This document shows positions 53,798 to 56,850 of a DNA stretch of 56,850 nucleotides, piece by piece. Where the stretch lies: contig CAZVTD010000001.1 in the NCBI GenBank assembly GCA_964629945.1, positions 1-56,850 of the forward strand, given 5' to 3'. The DNA is from an uncultured Planctomycetota bacterium (GTDB lineage: Bacteria; Planctomycetota; DG-23; DATKVD01; CAZVTD01). The notes under the pieces were generated by a model, which made no database searches, was not told the DNA's origin, and saw only the letters and a program-made list of their open reading frames with translations. The translations under genes and the position numbers were made by a program. Each line of letters begins with the position of its first letter. Positions within the stretch are counted from its first letter, which is position 1.

Positions 53798-55069
53798 TTA
53801 CGCCCTCGTTCCGGATTCCATGGCACCTCGCTCACGCACTTTGATTGCCCCTGGACAACGCATTGCTTTCAGGCCAGTTAATGCCTCCCATCGACGGACA
53901 ATCAGGTCACAGTATGCCGGAACTCTCTCCATGAGAAAAGCCCTTCGTCCTGTCTGCTCCGCTGCAATGAGCGTGGTTCCTGACCCCCCGAAAGGTTCAA
54001 GCACAGATTCTCCGGGGCGAGTGTAGGCTTGAAGGCAACGATAAGGTATCTCCACCGGACAAATCGCCGGGTGACCATGTTTCTCTCTTTGACCGGTGAT
54101 CGGCGGGATCTGCCAGACATTCGTCTGATAATCCGACATGTATTCCATCCCCTCACGGCTCATTTGCGGCATCTTCCCGGCCTTCTGAAAAACCAGAAGC
54201 GCCTCCCACTGAAACGCAGGATAGTAATACCGATTTCGCCGAATGTGGCAATTCCTCGGAATCGAGAAGTTGGCCCCGCTCTTCACCCACATGATGGTAT
54301 CCAGATAGCGTAGCCCAGCCTGCCCCAGGAAACACGAGTGCCGGCTGACATGATCGTGCCCCGTGCTGCTCCCGCTTCCGATATTCCATACAAGAACGGC
54401 TCCCGCCTTCATGCGATCTCGACAGTTCTCCGCAACAACCAACATGTCGTTGAGGTAGCTGTCGTAGTCATCCCAATGAGAGTACTCCCTCTGGTTGAAG
54501 TAAGGAGGACCAGCAAATACATTGTCAACAGGCGGCCCTTCTGTCAACAGTTCTATCCATTCAGGATCCTTGGAATCGCCGCAAAGAAGTCGGTGATTTC
54601 CGAGTATCCACAGATCGCCGGTTTCGGCCTGAACGTCATCGTCGAATGCGGGCAGCGCGTCCTCGTCGCTGGAATCGCAACCAAAAAGCGTGCGCAGGTC
54701 TTCCTCGCTGAACCCCAGATCCTTGAGATTTACATCTTCCTTCAACAAGTCCTCCAGAGATCTCTTGAGTTTGGGGAGGTCCCAATCCGCAATCTCGGCG
54801 GTCTTGTTGTCTGCTATGGCAAATGCCCGCTGCTGGGTGTCAGTCATCTCAATCATGATGACCGGAACCGTCTTCATCTCCAGCCTCTGAGCCGCTTTCC
54901 AACGAGTATGCCCTGCGATGATGGTGCCGTTCTGATCGCACAGAATGGGAACGTTGAATCCAAAGCTTTGAATGCTTTGCACGACTGCATCTATGGCCCC
55001 ATCGTTTAGACGCGGGTTGTCTTCCCAGGGCCTCAACCTTGAGACCTCCATCTCTTGGACTTGGAGCAT
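53798..55069 (-). CDS. ParB-like nuclease domain fused to an N4/N6 DNA methyltransferase (beta-class)
   Basis: The ParB-N part is VSRLRPWEDNPRLND..IIAGHTRWKAA. The methyltransferase part has HRLLCGDS, motif IV as FAGPPYF and motif I as EPFGGSGTT. I chose the ATG at 55069 (GGGAG upstream), which lies downstream of the predicted TSS. Confidence 0.85.
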   Translation of the reverse strand: MLQVQEMEVSRLRPWEDNPRLNDGAIDAVVQSIQSFGFNVPILCDQNGTIIAGHTRWKAAQRLEMKTVPVIMIEMTDTQQRAFAIADNKTAEIADWDLPKLKRSLEDLLKEDVNLKDLGFSEEDLRTLFGCDSSDEDALPAFDDDVQAETGDLWILGNHRLLCGDSKDPEWIELLTEGPPVDNVFAGPPYFNQREYSHWDDYDSYLNDMLVVAENCRDRMKAGAVLVWNIGSGSSTGHDHVSRHSCFLGQAGLRYLDTIMWVKSGANFSIPRNCHIRRNRYYYPAFQWEALLVFQKAGKMPQMSREGMEYMSDYQTNVWQIPPITGQREKHGHPAICPVEIPYRCLQAYTRPGESVLEPFGGSGTTLIAAEQTGRRAFLMERVPAYCDLIVRRWEALTGLKAMRCPGAIKVRERGAMESGTRA

Positions 55070-55172
55070 CCCTAACTCCCATTTAACAAAGAACTTATGT
55101 TGACGATACATCCCCGATTGCCTATGAGGCGCTCGGCACGGAGATCGACAGAGACAGTCCCCGCACCAGTAC

Positions 55173-55200
55173 AGTGTAGCACGCATTACAGGATTGTCAA
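55173..55200 (-). promoter_or_regulatory. sigma-70 promoter TTGACA-N16-TACACT for the methyltransferase operon
   Basis: The minus strand reads TTGACAatcctgtaatgcgtgcTACACT. It sits in an AT-richer divergent intergenic region. Confidence 0.5.
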
Positions 55201-55282
55201 TCAGAGGCAGAAAAATAACCTATCAGTCATTCTGTCTGTGAGGGACGCTTTTTGCTCCTCCAAGACAAGTTTCATGAAGAGC

Positions 55283-55312
55283 TTGCACAACAGGTCAGCC
55301 ATCTGGTAGGAT
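55283..55312 (+). promoter_or_regulatory. candidate sigma-70 promoter TTGCAC-N18-TAGGAT
   Basis: It lies on the plus strand upstream of the second radical SAM gene. Confidence 0.35.
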
Positions 55313-55394
55313 CCAAATTGGTAAAGCTCTCTTCACGTCAGAAGGCTTATGCGAATCGTGATCGAGAGGCCGTAGGCACCTATACCTGTTTCCG

Positions 55395-56114
55395 GTGCCA
55401 CTCCGTATCTTAGGGAGTATGCCACTCAGGAACGTGCGAGGCCGGTCTATGCCCCAGGAAGACAAGGCGCCCTGCGCTAACATCGAGTTCGAGGATCGGC
55501 GGGCGACGATCTTGTCCGGATCCGATCTGAATTGTCTCCACGACGTATCCACCATCAACATCACGCGCGGCTGCGCGCACCGCTGTATCTACTGCTATGG
55601 CCAGGGATACTCCAGTTACCCTGGAGCGGGCCGGGTTGTGTTTTACCGGAACCTTGCGCAGAAACTCGAAGCAGAACTCTCGCGCAAACGAAAGAAGCCC
55701 GTCCGGGTCTACTTCAGCCCGTCCTGCGATGCGTTCCAACCGCTGGATGCAGTGCAGGACGCGACCTATGAGATCATGGGCATCCTGCTTGCCCGGAAGG
55801 TTTCGATTGCCTTTCTGACAAAGGGACGAGTCGGCGAGAGATTCCTGACGCTCTTCCGCGAACACTCGGGATCGGTTCACGCCCAGATCGGCGTGACCAC
55901 GCTCGATACCGCCATCGCGGGGAGACTGGAGCCGGGGGCAGCAACGCCCGCTGACAGGCTTGCCAACGTGCGAGCACTGACACAGGCAGGCGTGCCGGTT
56001 ATGGCTCGCCTCGACCCGCTGATCCCGTACCTGACAGACTCATCCGAGAACCTCAAGCCCCTCTTCGAGGAGATTGTCAAGGCGGGAGTGAAGTCGCTGG
56101 CGGTGCAGCCATAG
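55395..56114 (+). pseudogene. radical SAM protein (COG1533 / DNA-repair-photolyase-like), 3'-truncated
   Basis: It has a GCAHRCIYCY cluster. Good coding continues to ..EEIVKAGVKSLAVQP-stop, where it runs into the antisense fucosidase remnant. The start is uncertain (GTG 55395, ATG 55419 or ATG 55449). Confidence 0.6.
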
Positions 56115-56850
56115 ATGGCGCGCCCGTGCAGGCGCATCCACTCGCCGATGCCGTGCAGACGTTCGACAGCGCGTGGGTCGAACTGGCCACGCGCGTTCGG
56201 GCCCACGTTGAGCAGCAGGTTGCCGCCCTTCGACACTGTGTCGATGAGCATCTGTACCAGCATTTCGACGGACTTCCAGGTGTACTCGTCGCGGTAGTAG
56301 CCCCAGGAGCCGCTGAACGTCTGACAGGCCTCCCAGACTACTGGCTTGCCATCGACATGGAGCCAGCCGCGCGGCTGATACTGCTCCGGCGTTCGGATGT
56401 CGCCGCCGATCTCAAGGCGATCGTTGACGATGATGCCGGGCTGGAGGCCGCGGACCATCTTGATCAGTGCTTCCGAGTCCCAGTCATCCTTGCCCTTGCC
56501 CTTGGACCAGCCCCAGTCGCTCTTCGAGTACGAGAAGTCGAACCACATGATGCTGATGTCGCCGAACTGGGTGAGGAGCTCGCGCGTCTGGCCGTGGAGG
56601 TAGGCGCGGTACTTCGCTATGTCGCGGTTCTTGTTCGCCTCGCGATACTCGAGGTTGTCGCGCATAGGGTGCAAGCCGTCGACGACGAACTCGGGGTGAT
56701 GCCAGTCGATCACGGAGTGGTAGAAGCCGACTCGTAGACCCTCATTGCGGAAGGCGTCGTCCATCGGATGCAGCAGGTCGCGCTTGGCCGGGGTGGTCGT
56801 GGCCTTGTAGTCGGTGAGAGCGCTGTCCCAGAGGCAGAAGCCGTCGTGGT
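56106..56850 (-). pseudogene. GH29 alpha-L-fucosidase fragment (5' end beyond the window, 3' part missing)
   Basis: Minus-strand translation from the window edge reads HDGFCLWDS..LRVGFYHSVIDW..GGNLLLNVGPNARG..HGRAIYGCTA. Genuine-looking coding stops near 56106-56112. The in-frame continuation to 55877 is antisense to the radical SAM gene. Confidence 0.7.

Noticed and set aside
55877-56105. The C-terminal 70 residues of ORF 55877..56764 taken as genuine fucosidase sequence
   Set aside because: This part (DFTPALTISSKRGLRFSDESVRYGISGSRRAITGTPACVSARTLASLSAGVAAPGSS...) is low-complexity. It is exactly antisense to well-conserved radical SAM coding sequence.

Overview
This is a high-GC bacterial chromosomal segment. 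Spot counts on single 60-nt lines give about 60-65% GC in most genes. It probably comes from a PVC-superphylum organism. That call is an inference from a PEP-CTERM tail, giant secreted GH2-like proteins, several sigma-54 circuits and planctomycete-style integrase 3' remnants.

Positions 1-38.4 kb look core-like. They hold a PurO-like IMP cyclohydrolase, two oxidoreductases, and an amidohydrolase plus anaerobic sulfatase maturase operon. Next come an ECF sigma factor fused through a membrane span to a long tail ending in PEP-CTERM, and a two-partner secretion pair (TpsB plus a 2138-aa TpsA whose extreme C-terminus is a canonical EF-hand pair). These are followed by an unknown 706-aa protein, two tandem paralogous GH2-like giants (1295 and 1515 aa), and an ornithine decarboxylase plus deoxyhypusine-synthase-like polyamine operon. 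The last unit is a two-component system plus MacA/ABC/OMF efflux operon driven by two near-consensus sigma-54 promoters, with the OMF gene frameshifted.

Positions 38.43 to about 56.11 kb form a mosaic accessory region bounded by abrupt junctions. It contains at least five decayed same-orientation copies of one integrase 3' end and a tRNA-Met(CAU)-like 3' half. Its cargo is:
- an adenosine deaminase;
- a sigma-54-dependent operon that joins a NuoE/NuoF/NuoG-N-type electron-input module to a stand-alone GltB-like FMN subunit and a novel Cys-rich protein, with its own GAF kinase and NtrC-type activator;
- a Fic gene flanked by direct repeats;
- a tight four-gene operon: ParB-DNA methyltransferase, SPL-family radical SAM, DUF523/TudS-like protein and an unknown 138-aa protein.

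The region ends where a truncated radical SAM gene abuts a truncated GH29 fucosidase. I saw no rRNA, intact tRNA or CRISPR array. Most other ORFs in the six-frame track are antisense shadows of high-GC genes.
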